From: Macrostomum lignano
Taxonomy: Eukaryota
NCBI GenBank assembly: GCA_002269645.1
Contig: NIVC01000326.1
Coordinates: forward strand, 186,001 to 250,000
Length of the DNA: 64,000 nt
Direction of reading: 5' to 3'
The position numbers were made by a program, and so were the translations under genes. Under the pieces are notes generated by a model. The model was given only the letters and a program-made list of their open reading frames with translations, was not told the origin of the DNA and did no database searches. Positions 26,816 through 39,900 of this stretch are shown here, piece after piece. Every line of letters starts with the position of its first letter. The first letter of the stretch is position 1.

Positions 26816-29224
26816 CTGGTCTCCTGCTGGTTGGCATGCGACCAGTGCGGCACCGTCGAAGCTCTGCAGGAGGGAAAAATTCCAGCCTATCATCGAGGAC
26901 ACAGGATCGTCAGCGATGACAAGAAAAGCAAGAAAGTAACCCCTGGAAAGTAATCCGCGCCATCAAGAAGAGCAAAGAGAGGGAAAAGAAGAGCCAGCAG
27001 AAAAAGGGAGCCGGCAGGAGTCTGCTAACAGCTGACTTGAGTCAAGTCATTGACTCTACATTGAAGAGAACGAGGCCTACTACCGGGTCTTCAGCAGCTG
27101 CGGAATCTGAAGTTGAGTTGGCTGCTGGAGCTGAGGCCGTGTCGAGTCTGCTGCTGTGATAAACTTCATAGAGGAAGAGGATATGCCCTGGATGAGTTCC
27201 TCAGGGAATTCAACGCTGGTCAAGAGCAGCAGCAGCAGCCTGTCTCTTCGGTTCCAGTGATTGCTGGAAAACAACTTCATCTAATTGAAGACGACCACGA
27301 AATGGAAATCCTAGAGGAGGGCAGCGACAATGAGTCGCATAATGCAATTGTGCCACCTGCAGCTCCAGCCGCCCCAGCTACTCTGACCGCCCCAGCTACT
27401 GTGGCCGCCCCAGCTACTCTAGTTGCCTTCTTTCTGCCTCCTGTCGGCGGGGCTGGGTACGATCGGTAACGATTTTCGAAAATCGTATTAGAATTGTGCC
27501 GCTGTGACTATAAGCAAACTATTTTACTTTTTTGCTTTCTGTTTGCAGTGAGAAACCTACTTATTTATTGTAATTGTGACGTTGCCAGTTAAGGTGGTCC
27601 CGCAAAAGGGCCGTTGGACTGTAGCTCCTCTACAATTTCTCCAATCGTTTATTCTAACGTTTACTTGTAGTAGCGCGCAACGAATCTGTATTAATTGATA
27701 AATCACCGCGTACTTTGCTATCCTTTCATGCGACCGTAGAAAACTTGCACGATCGATAATTTCAAATTCTCCCGCCAGCCAATGATAACTCTCCGTGTTT
27801 TATGCTAACCCTTCTGCGCTTTTATTAACCCCCCGCCTGGCGGCGGGCTGGGGGCCTCCTCACTTCTTGCCTTCTTGTTTACTTGTTTGCGTGTCTGCCT
27901 TGTTCCCTGTCTAGACTGTCTGGCTGCCTCAAGCCTCCTTATCTCTCGCCACGGCTCCTCTGTCTGGGCCAGCCTGTTCACACTGTTACTTCACTGTGTT
28001 CCGCCACGGATAACGCCAACCTCGCCACTACTCATCTGCCTGCCTACTGCTACTCACTGCCTTCACTGTGCTCATCGCCATTGCTCATCGCCTTCGTCTG
28101 CCACTGACTTCTCCATTTACAATAGCTCGTAGTGGCAACCAATATTTTTGGCATCAGTGGTAAAATTTAATTGAAAAATAGGTGAAACATTATACAGTTA
28201 AAAATAACAAAATAAAAATCAACACAACCTTGCCTTGAAAGCAATAATCATAAAAGCGGGAGGGCAGGGGTGTGTCCACCGGGGAACAGAGAGGACATAA
28301 TCCCCAGCAGAAGTTGAGAAGGAGCAGTTCAATGCTTTGTCCCCCGCCAAACCTTGTGATCCGTTATGGAACTCAAGAATGCTGAGTGCCTGCGGTGCCA
28401 AAACAATCTCTTTTTGGGATTATTTCCCTAAATTTTATTCACTCTGCTGCACAATGGGCGGGCTAGGTGCGACCTCAGGATCATGTTCACTAGCAGGATC
28501 AGGTATCAAATTGCCAATCCGCTTTCAAAAACACAAGGGAGCGGACATTCCCTTCTGCAAGAAAAAACTAAGTGTATTCCTGTCCCACCCGATCACAAGG
28601 CTGCGCTGTTCTGCCAGTGGCTGCACAGGGCCATTGAAATCATCTGGGGCTTCGGGCTTGACGCCGAAGGCCCTCTGGTGGATATACACTGCCATGGCAG
28701 ATGCCGACAGCAGGAGCGCCTCTGCTGCTGTACAGGCAGGTGTAGCGGAGCTGGCCCTTTGGATTGTTGATCTGCGCTGTAGAGAAAATACTAACGATTG
28801 AATTATGAGATATTTAAATTAGAGTTAAATTGATTCTAAGATAAGCCAGTAAGTGGGCGCAGGGCCCAAACAAGTATATTTATATGACTAATTTAGAGGG
28901 GGGTTGACTCCAGATAATAAGGAGAGAGGTGAAGTGCGCGACTGAACAGAGAGGCGAGAATGGAGAGCCAATCAGAAGGCAGCAAGGGAGAGAGAGAGAT
29001 AAGAATAACAAGATTGAGCTAGACAGAGAGAGAGAAAACAGTAAACAGAGACAAGTGAAGGTGAACTAAGAAATGACTAGGAAAGTCGCGACATGCGCTG
29101 TGCAGTGGAAGCAGATTGAGCAGATCGAGTGGGTCTGCGAAAAGTTGAGTTTTGTAAGCTTTGGCCAGCTTAGTAAAAGGCTCATCAATACGTGGCAGCA
29201 GATGTTTGCCCGACTCAACGCTGA

Positions 29225-29498
29225 GATTGAGCACAACGCTGCTTGAGCACAACCCTGCTTGAGCACAACCCTGCTTGAGCACAACCCTGCTGGAGCACAA
29301 CCCTTCTTGAGCACAACACTGCTTGAGCACAACCCTGCTTGAGCACAACCCTGCTTGTGCACGACCCTTCTTGAGCACAACCCTGCTTGAGCACAACCCT
29401 GCTTGAGCACAACCCTGCTTGAGCACAACCCTGCTTGAGCACAACCCTGCTTGAGCACAACCCTGCTTGAGCACAACCCTGCTTGAGCACAACCCTGC
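29225..29498. repeat. (GCACAACCCTGCTTGA)n 16-mer array
   Basis: Seen directly. Confidence 0.95.
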
Positions 29499-30848
29499 GG
29501 GATCTCATCGACGCACTGGTCTCGATGCGTCCGGTTCCATTGCGCACCTTTGATGAAGACTACCCGGCCTTCTGCCCCAACCCGTCAATCGACAAAAGTC
29601 AGCCATCTCACGGCTATTAGAATATGTCAGAATATCCCACGGCTTGTCAAGTTTCTCTGAGCCACCGGACGAGCATCCCTCTTTCCCACTGAGGATCGTC
29701 ACTACTGAATCAAACGTCAAGAAGACTGCTGGTTGACGCAATTTTTAAAAGCTTCGTTTTCGGGGAATCGCTGCAGTGATTCGGAACATATAGTAAGTTG
29801 AGTTCCTGTGCAATCTGTTTGTAAAACATTCTGACTTCCAGAAATGTAAAAACCATAAAAATAATTACTCTGCAATCAGCCACCGCCTTTAATTTACCAC
29901 CTGTCAGACTCAGCACAAGCAGACTAACTAAAACTTCTGGTAGCTTACCGTGATCTGGTGCCTTTTGTCCAGCAACCGTCGAAGCTCTGCCTCCTCTTTC
30001 TGCTCCATCCATAAAACAAGTCGTCAGTGCCTACCTGTTGGAATTCCTGCCCATGGCATGGGCAGCTAGACCCTCGTTGAGCATCGCGTTGCACAGACGA
30101 GAACGTGAGGCGACCTTCCTAGCTTTCGTTGGCACTTTGCGCGCTTGCAGTGCCGCCTTTAGTTGAAGCACACTCGGACCGGTGACTGATTGCAGTTGAC
30201 TTTCAGTGGCCATATCCATTGTGGCTGAGAAGATAATCTGAGCAGACAGGATATGTAGGCTCTCACAAGCGGATACAGGACTAAATGGCACCCGCGACGA
30301 GCAGCGCCAATACACCAACCTCACATGCGACCACCACAGCCAAACTGACAGTCTCACTCCGCAGTTTCAAACTGCCCGCCTTACTTCCATCAAAGTGGCA
30401 AGGATAACAAATTTTCCATTCTCCATGATTCACGCAGCTCTGTACAAAGTCAACTCTGTACACACAGGTCCAAACAGCAGTCGGACAGATTCGCTGTAGA
30501 TCGATCGCGGCCCTATTCGCATGCGTGTGGTTTTCCGCTATTGGCAAGCGTAGCTTTTCTTTTAGGATAACATGAGCTGATACGCCAGTAAATGTATTAT
30601 ATGTTTGGTGCGTTTATGTAAACTATAATTATATGTGTAAATTGGAAAGCGTTATAATGCCTAAGAGCACCAGGAAAGCACCTCCTCATTTTACGTTTGT
30701 CGAGCTGGCAAAAACTAAATACGTAGCATTTCTGAATTGCGCATGCAATATTCCAGTCCATCTACTGACCGAGCTACTCCTACAGAAAACTGAAGCAGGT
30801 AAATTGGCTGAGTACTTGGGTCCTGAGCACACAGTGCAGCTATTCAAG

Positions 30849-31610
30849 CTAAGGCATGAGCAGTTGCTGATGCCAGACCAGCCTCAGAGCCGGCGCTGTC
30901 ACCAGTGAGAGAACGGACACCAGGCCGGTCGGTCGGGTCACCGGGCTGCTCACAGAAACTACCTCATCGCTGAGAAGCTTCCTGTCTTGTATAAAAGGCC
31001 TCGGTTTGGCATCTGGATCTCCGTAATTCCAATAGTCGCCCCTGTCGTTGCACATGTGGCTGTAGCAGCGGCGGCACATTTTCCAGCCTAACTTCTCGCA
31101 GTCGTCCCCGCAGTCGACCAATGTCAACTGGAATTTGAGCAGAGTGGGCAATCAAATCGCTTTGCTGGGATCAATGAGACAGCTGGGAATCTGACAGCTT
31201 AGTTTAGAGCAGACACAAAAGGTTGAGTAAACTGGACAACTTACACCGTTTGAAGAAAAACCTGTGCCGCAGCCCTGTTTTCTGGGACACAGCCTCCCAG
31301 TCGGATGAATAATCTTTTCCTCTTCAAAGTCTCGTGAATTGTAGCACATGATTAAATTCGGAAGTTCCGGCACCAGCTCCTTGGCGAATTTGTCGTTGCA
31401 CAAATCCGTGGTGCACTCGCGGCATTGCGTCAAGTTCCCTTCTTGGATTTGGTGAACAGAGCAGGGTCCGCAGTGCATATTGAGATCCTGAAGCGTAAAT
31501 TATAGCATATTATTATTGTTTGCAGCCAACAAATATTCACTGCTCAAGAGAGAGATACCCGGGCCTGTAAAATCGCGCAAATCAGATGATGAGCTGCTCA
31601 CATAAAGGCC
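30849..31610 (-). pseudogene. LU-domain gene copy 4: exons 3-4 only, same TGA as copy 3
   Basis: Near-identical to 22120-22880 and truncated at the exon 2 donor (~31610). Confidence 0.85.
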
Positions 31611-31677
31611 TCATAAAGTCGCTCCTGGTGTCGACATCTTCGGTGGCGGAGTAAATAAGATTAATATGACTAATCAC

Positions 31678-31914
31678 TAATGGTCAGATGTGCATCCCAC
31701 CGCTCGGTCGAAGCTATCTAAAGGCTGCGTACGGCTGTTCAGTGCAAGGACTTAGGGGGGGGGGGGCGCCACAACCCTCAATTACCCCAGCTAATGCTGG
31801 TACACATTTTACAGCTGCGTGAACTGAATTGCAATGCAGAGTTAGGTGTCTTGCTCAGGACACAAATGGTTCCGAGTAGGTTGTGAGTCCGATGCTCTAA
31901 ACAAGGCTACAACC
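31678..31914 (-). mobile_element. CORE-like SINE, paralog of 23679-23943 with an internal deletion
   Basis: Direct sequence match to the 23.7-kb copy. Confidence 0.65.
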
Positions 31915-32939
31915 CTTATGGTTTGGCAGTGTATAACATCAATGCTCAAACTGGCGCCTCATCAATTCTTAAACTGGCGCCTCATCAATGCTTAAACTGG
32001 CGCCTCATCAATCCTCAAACTGGCGCCTCATCAATGCCCAAACTGGCGCCTCATCAATGCTCACTCAGCTTCTCTTTTTCGCTGAAGTCTAAAACTGCAA
32101 ACTCCATTAGCCTAAATAAAGTGTTAAAAAGCATAAAAAACAATCCAGCACAGTATGAGCCAAGCTGACACATGATTGAATCAAATTTGAAATACGATAT
32201 TAACATGAACAATCAGCAACGAATGAAGCTTATAAAAGGGATTTATTTATGAGTTTACATACGCTCGTAGCCGCCCCGTGAAATCAAAAAGTTTGATACA
32301 GGCGATACATCAGCGAGATTAACTGAGATATTTGAGTACAGAGTAGGAGAAGTAATATGTGTGATTAAATTAATCCAGAGCGCAATCAATAAAGTACATT
32401 TGAAACTTACTAATATGCAGAACTGACAGATAGAAAAACTATTTTACACAGGTAGGGCTGCCCCATCAGCAGCGCCCGAAGCGCTCAGCGCCAACTCAAT
32501 TGACAGCCAGTAACAAAAATTGCACCAATGGGAAAATTGATGGCCCAATAAATAATAATAACTCAGCATTTCATAATTCGTCATCAACATCGGCTATGTT
32601 CAGTGAGAAACTTGGGCATCAGCAAAAAAGAAGACGCGGAACTACAGAAATTCGAAGGCAAAAAGCGGGCCCGCTGACTCCGTGGTCCCGAACCAGAAGC
32701 GCGCAGAACTCGATTCGAGTGCGGCCGATTTTGAAAGCGAAGGAAAAAATAGCAAAGTGCGAAAATACAGCGGTGAGCGCGAACTCAGGACTTATACAGT
32801 CAGCTGATCGCTGGCGCCACAGAGCTGGCTTTACTGGGTGCGTCGGGCGATTCTGGGGACAGAAATCAGTGTGAATGTTCCCAGTGAACTTGGAATGATC
32901 CCAGCTAACTGTAAATAATGCTAATAAAACTGAACCATC

Positions 32940-33900
32940 TCAGTGAACTTTGAATCATCCCTGTGAACTTTGAATCATCCCTGTGAACCGTAAACTATCC
33001 CAAATAAACTTGATTGGTCCCAGTGAACAGTGAATAGTCACAGTGAACCGTGAACAGTCACAGTGAACAGTGAACAGTCACAGTGAATAGTGAACAGTCA
33101 CAGTGAACAGTGAACAGTCACAGTGAACCGTGAACAGTCACAGTGAACAGTGAACAGTCACAGTGAATAGTGAACAGTCACAGTGAACAGTGAACAGTCA
33201 CAGTGAACCGTGAACAGTCACAGTGAGTGAACAGTGAACAGTCACAGTGAATAGTGAACAGTCACAGTGAATAGTGAACAGTCACAGTGAATTGTCACAG
33301 TGAACCGTGAACAGTCACAGTGAATAGTGAACAGCCACAGTGAATAGTGAACAGTCACAGTGAATAGTGAATAGTCACAGTGAACAGTGAACAGTCACAA
33401 TGAACCGTGAACAGTCCCAGCGAACCGTGAACAGTCACAGTGAACCGTGAACAGTCACAGTGAACCGTGAACAGTCACAGTGAATAGTGAACAGTCACAG
33501 TGAATAGTGAACAGTCACAGTGAACCGTGAACAGTCACAGTGAACCATGAACAGTCACAGTGAATAGTGAACAGTCACAGTGAATAGTGAACAGTCACAG
33601 TGAACCATGAACAGTCACAGTGAACGGTGAACAGTCACAGTGAGTGAACAGTCACAGTGAACGGTGAACAGTCACAGTGAACCGTGAACAGTCACAGTGA
33701 ACCATGAACAGTCACAATGAATAGTGAACAGTTACAGTGAACCGTGAACAGTCACAGTGAGTGAACAGTCACAGTGAACCATGAACAGTCACAATGAATA
33801 GTGAACAGTTACAGTGAACCGTGAACAGTCACAGTGAACCGTGAACAGTCACAGTGAACCGTGAACAGTCACAGTGAATGGTGAACAGTCACAGTGAACC
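32940..33900. repeat. 20-mer array (CAGTGAAYMGTGAACAGTCA)n immediately 3' of the MAGI stop codon
   Basis: Period 20 is visible directly. Confidence 0.95.
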
Positions 33901-33910
33901 GCAATCCCCA

Positions 33911-36900
33911 TTAGTCCGCAGGCCCCGCAGAGACGGGTCTCCGGCACACCAGCTTCAGCGTGGATCCGGCCGACCGAATCACCTGGATGGCCTCGGTGTG
34001 CGTGATCCCCGCCAGCGGCCGGTCGTTGATGGACACGATCTCGTCGCCGACCCGCAGGCGGCCGGACTGGTGGGCGCCACCGCCCTCGGCGATCCGCAGC
34101 ACGTAGAACGGCATCTGGTTGAACTCGGCGCCGCCGCGGATGGAGAAGCCGAAGCCTTTGTCCGTCTTGTGCAGCACCGCGGTGAACAGCCCGCCGGGGG
34201 GCACCGCCGGGACGCTGGCCGGCTCCGGGGAGCCGCTGGACTGGGAGGCCGGCCCGGCCACTGCCCTGCGATTGGGGAAGGAAAGAGTGGAAGAATGGGG
34301 ATGGGAAATGATTAGAGAATGGGGATGAGAGAATGGGGATGGGAGAATGGGGTTGGGAGAATGGGGATGAGAGAATGGGGTTGGATGAATGGGGTTGGGA
34401 GAATAGGGATGAGAGAATGGGATGGGAGAATGGTGATGGGAGAATGGGGATGAGAGAATGGGGATGAGAGAATGGGTATGGGAGAATGGGGTTGGGGGAA
34501 TGGGGATGAGAGAATGGGGTTGGATGAATGGGGTTGGGAGAATAGGGATGAGAGAATGGGATGGGAGAATGGTGATGGGAGAATGGGGATGAGAGAATGG
34601 GTATGGGAGAATGGGGTTGGGGGAATGGGGATGAGAGAATGGGTATGGGAAAATGGGTATGAGAGAATGGGGTTGGATGAATGGGGTTAGGAGAATGGGG
34701 ATGGAAAAATAGGGATGAAAAATAGTGCACGATGCTGGGAGAATTAAGTGCGAGAATCCAAAAGGGATGCTGAGATGGAATAACCGAGAATAGAATAGAG
34801 GTAAAACAAATGTGCACCCGGCTCACCTGCCAATCAAGCCCGGAGGCGGTGCGCCGGCCTGGCCGGGCAGAGGCGGCCCCACGGTGAGGCGCACCTGCAG
34901 GCCGCTGTCCCGCACCATCCGGACAATGTCTTCATGATGGACGCCGGCCGCTCCAACGCCATTGACGGCCAGGATGCGGTCGCCGCGGCGCAGCTTGTCG
35001 CAGCGGGACGCCGGCGACCCGTCGATAATGTGGCCGATGAATTCGCCCAGCACCACGCCGCCGCCGCTGCCAGCTGGTGGCCGCGTCACCGAGCTGACGA
35101 TCACGATGCCGAAACCTTCGTCTTGCCGGCGCGTCAGCGTTACGTCGTACGGGTAGACGGGGGCGGCGGCGTCTCCGATTAAGACAGGGTTGCGGCGAAG
35201 GCCGAGGCTTACGCGGGGCCCGGCGGACTCGAGCAGCTGCACAACCCGATGGTGCGAGGCCGCCACGCAGGGGGTCCCGTTGACGCTGACGATCTCGTCG
35301 CCCGGACGGATTCGGCCGTCAGCGTGGGCAGCTGAGCCCGGGACCAGCTGGCCGATGGTGACCTGCAGGGGAGAGGGGGTTGGCGCTCGTGTGGCTCCTG
35401 GTGTGGCGCTCGTGTGGCTCTTGGTGTGGCGCTCATATGGCTCTTGGTGTGGCGCTCATGTGGCTCTTGGTGTGGCGCTCATGTGGCTCTTGGTGTGGCG
35501 CTCGTGTGGCTCCTGGTGTGGCGCTCGTGTGGCTCTTGGTGTGGCGCTCATGTGGCTCTTGGTGAGGCGCTCATGTGGCTCTTGGTGTGGCGCTCATGTG
35601 GCTCTTGGTGTGGCGCTCATGTGGCTCTTGGTGTGGCGCTCATGTGGCTTTTGGTGTGGCGCTCATGTGGCTCTTGGTGTGGCGCTCATGTGGCTCTTGG
35701 TGTGGCGCTCATGTGTCTCTTGGTGTGGCGCTCATGTGGCTTTTGGTGTGGCGCTCATGTGGCTCTTGGTGTGGCGCTCATGTGTCTCTTGGTGTGGCGC
35801 TCATGTGGCTTTTGGTGTGGCGCTCATGTGGCTCTTGGTGTGGCGCTCATGTGGCTTTTAGTGAATCTCACTACCGAGTCTCACCTGCGACCCCTCCTCG
35901 GCGCCGCCCAGTATCCGAATGCCCAGCCCCAGCTGATTGCGCAACAGCGTGACGGTGAACTGCGGAGCCGCGGCAGCCGCTGCAGCCCGGGGCCGCCGAC
36001 CCAGCGAACCGTAGCCGGCCGTGGCCGCTGAGGCTGACGGAGGCTGCGGATGAAGCTGCTGCACCTGCTGCTGCTGATGGTAGCCGCGACCCTCCACCAG
36101 ACCGGTAGGAGTTCTGGGCCGCGCCGGCTGCTGCTGCTGCTGCTGCTGGTCATCGAAGGCCGAACCGCTGAGGCTGGTCTCAGGGCCGGGCGTCCGGCTG
36201 CGGAAGCGCGGGACGGTGCCAGCCGTTGAGCCCGACGATGCAGCGGAGGAGGCTGGCGGCGGGTAGGCCGTCACCGTCACGCTGGAGCTGCCCGTGTCCG
36301 GCCGGGACGAGCGGAGCGGCGCGTGCCGAGAGAAATTCGAGATTGCTGCGCCACCAGATGAGCTGCTCGGGCCGCTGCCCGCTGACGCTGCTGAGGGCAG
36401 ACGGGGGCTGCCGTTGCTAAGGGGAAAAATGGTTTTTGCTAAGGGACAATGGGCGTTGCTAAGGGGAAAAACGGTTGTTGCTAAGGCACAATGGGCGTTG
36501 CTAAGGGGAAGAACGGTTGTTGCTGAGGGGAAATGGGCGTTGCTAGGAGGAGAACTGCCTAGGGGAGAACAGGCACGATGGGGCTGTTGCTAAGGCACAA
36601 ACAAAGGGATCTCACGTGGCAGGAAGCTGGAGTGCCCGAAGCCGACAGCGGCAGTCGCTGAGTCCGCCAAGGACGCCAAGCCGCCGCTGTGCGACGCTGA
36701 AGTCCGGAAGGTGGGCGGCCCCGCCGCGGAGGCCTGCGGCAGGCTGCCCCGCTGCAGTAGGAAGCTGCAGTCCTGCCCGATGGGGCACTCGGCGAGAATT
36801 CGAACCACGTCTGTGTGGGGCAGCTCCTTGACCCGGCGGGAGTTCACCTCGATCAGCAGGTCGCCGGGCTGCGTTGGGATTCAGAATGTAAGGGGATAAA

Positions 36901-39900
36901 TTTGGGATCAGTCAACCCAAAATGGATTTTGCAACCCAATGGGATATCAAGGGATTTCACAGGGCCTAGGGGATATAATGAGATTTTGCAGGGCCTAGGG
37001 GATATCGTGGGATTTTGCAGGGCCTAGGGGATATCATGGGATTTTGCAGGGCCTAGGGGATATCATGGGATTTTGCAGGGCCTAGGGGATATCGTGGGAT
37101 TTTGCAGGGCCTAGGGGATATCGTGGGATTTTGCAGGGCCTAGGGGATATCATGGGATTTTGCAGGGCCTAGGGGATATCGTGGGATTTTGCAGGGCCTA
37201 GGGGATATCATGGGATTTTGCAGGGCCTAGGGGATATCGTGGGATTTTGCAGGGCCTAGGGGATATCGTGGGATTTTTCAGGGCCTGTTGCCAGTCCAGC
37301 CCTCACCTGTAGACCGCGGCAGCGGCTCTCATCAACAATCTGTCGGATCCGCTGGCCCTGAGGCGAGTCGGCGATGGTGAAGCCGAACCCGGCCACGCTG
37401 CGGTTGATCACCGCCTTGATCAGCTCTGCCCGGCCGAGGGACATCCCGGACATGCCGGCCAGAGCCGCACCCGCCTGTCCGGGACTGCCGAGGCCGGAGC
37501 TGCCCGAGTGCGAGCTGCGCTGCGACCCGGCGCCGTTGGTGTCCAGGGCCGCCGCTACCTTCGTGATGACCTCGGCCCGGGGGTCGCTGGCGCTCACGGG
37601 CAGGCGGTAGCCGGTGCTCACCGTCAGGGTCACCAGCTGGCCCGGCTCGATCTGCCGGAACAGGCTGATCAAGTCCTCGTGAGTGCCGCCCAGCACCAGC
37701 TGCTCGTTCACGTACACCAGCACGTCTCCGCTCTGCAGCCGCCCGTCCTCGGCTGCTGGCCCGCCCGGTACTAGCGACTTCACCTGCAGGTTGGGGAGCA
37801 GTGACGGTTGGGATGATGCGAATCAATGACAGAAGGGATAATAGGGATTAAATACGAGGAATGATTGGGATAATTGGGGTCAATGATAATTGGGATAATT
37901 AGGATCAATGACAGTTTGGATAAATTGGGATCAATGATGACTGGGATAAAATGGGATCAATGATGATTGGGATAATTGGTATTAATTATTATTGGGATAA
38001 TTGGGATCAATGATGATTGGGATAAAATGGGATTAATGGTGATTGGGATAATTGGGATGATTGAGATCATTGATGATTTAGATAATTGGGATTATTGATG
38101 ATTGGGATAATTGGGATTATTAATGACTGGGATAATACGGGATCAATGATGATTGGGATAATTGGGATTATTGATAATTGGGATAATTGGGATCAATACA
38201 AATGATAGGGATATGGGATGAAATGCAGACGAAGGGTGACCAAGCCATGCGATGATAATACACTAAGGGATAAAAGCGACTGCAACATCCCCCAGCAACA
38301 GGCAGCCCAAGCGACCTGCAGGAACTCGGGCTTGGCGCGGTCGCCGCCGCCCACGATGGTGATGCCGAGGCCGCCGGGCGACTTAACCAGCCGGACCGTC
38401 AGCAGCTCCCCGGCCAGGCGGCTGGGGTTGGCGGTGAACATGCCCGGGTCCTGGCGGATGCCGCGGAACTGGATCGACCTGCCCGATGCTGCCGGGTTAG
38501 ACGAGGCTGCAAGCATTGAAGGCATATTTGCATGGCATGATTTGACTACTGTCAGTAGCCAACTAATGGTTTTAACAGCGGAGAACAATATAGCTAATCC
38601 TGATATAGTTGTTTTCTGTTAAAAAAATAACTGATCAGTTGACTGCCCATACTCGCTAAGTTAGGTGACCTCAGATGAACTTGGCGCTCTGAGGTATGGG
38701 GACGAATGACCTCAGATATATGGATGGTCATATAACCTTAGAACTCCGGGGGTTCAGGTGCCCTTGGAGCTCTGAGGTATCAGATGACCACAGAATCCTG
38801 GATGGGGTGTCAGATGACCACAGAATCCTGGATGGGGCGTCAGATGACCACAGAATCCTGGATGGGGCGTCAGATGACCACCAGACCACAGAATCCTGGA
38901 TGGGGTGTCAGATGACCACAGAATCCCGGATGGGGTGTCAAATGACTTAAAAACCCTGGATGAAGTGTCAGATGACCTCAGAGCCTTTGATAGGGTGTCA
39001 GATGACCTCAAAACCTTGGATAGGGTGTCAGATGACCTCAAAACCTTGGATAGGGTGTCAGATGACCTCCAAAACCTTGGATAGGGTGTCAGATGACCTC
39101 CAAAACCTTGGATAGGGTGTCAGATGACCCCAGAACCTTGGATAGGGTGTCAGATGACCTCAAAACCTTTGATAGGGTGTCAGATGACCTCAAAACCTTG
39201 GATAGGGTGTCAGATGACCTCAAAACCTTGGATAGGGTGTCAGATGACCTCAAAACCTTGGATAGGGTGTCAGATGACCTCAAAACCTTGGATAGGGTGT
39301 CAGATGACCTCCAAAACCTTGGATAGGGTGTCAGATGACCTCAAAACCTTATATAGGGTGTCAGATGACCTCCAAAACCTTGGATAGGGTGTCAGATGAC
39401 CTCCAAAACCTTGGATAGGGTGTCAGATGACCCCAGAACCTTTGATAGGGTGTCAGATGACCTCAACACCTTGGATAGGGTGTCAGATGACCTCAAAACC
39501 TTTGATAGGGTGTCAGATGACCTCAGAACCTTTGATAGGGTGTCAGATGACCTCAGAACCTTGGATAAGGTGTCAGATGACCTCAAAACCTTTGATAGGG
39601 TGTCAGATGACCTCAAAACCTTGGATAGGGTGTCAGATGACCCCAGAATTTTTGATAGGGTGTCAGATGACCTCAAAACCTTTGATAGGGTGTCAGATGA
39701 CCTCAAAAGCTTGGATAGGGTGTCAGATGACCCCAGAACCTTTGATAGGGTGTCAGACGACCTCAGAACCCTGAATAGGGTTTCAGATGACCTCAGAACC
39801 CTGGATGGGGTGTCAGATGACCACAGAATCCCGGATGGGGTGTCAAATGACTTAAAAACCCTGGATGAAGTGTCAGATGACCTCAGAGCCTTTGATAGGG

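Noticed and set aside
28215-28790. Possible exon (...CHGPPAFMIIAFK) split by a hAT-like insert, with a relative at 6870-7000
   Set aside because: TIRs are imperfect, there is no TSD, no recognisable domain and no partner exons.
32500-32874. 124-aa ORF downstream of MAGI
   Set aside because: No domain, no convincing splice context and no coding-like composition.
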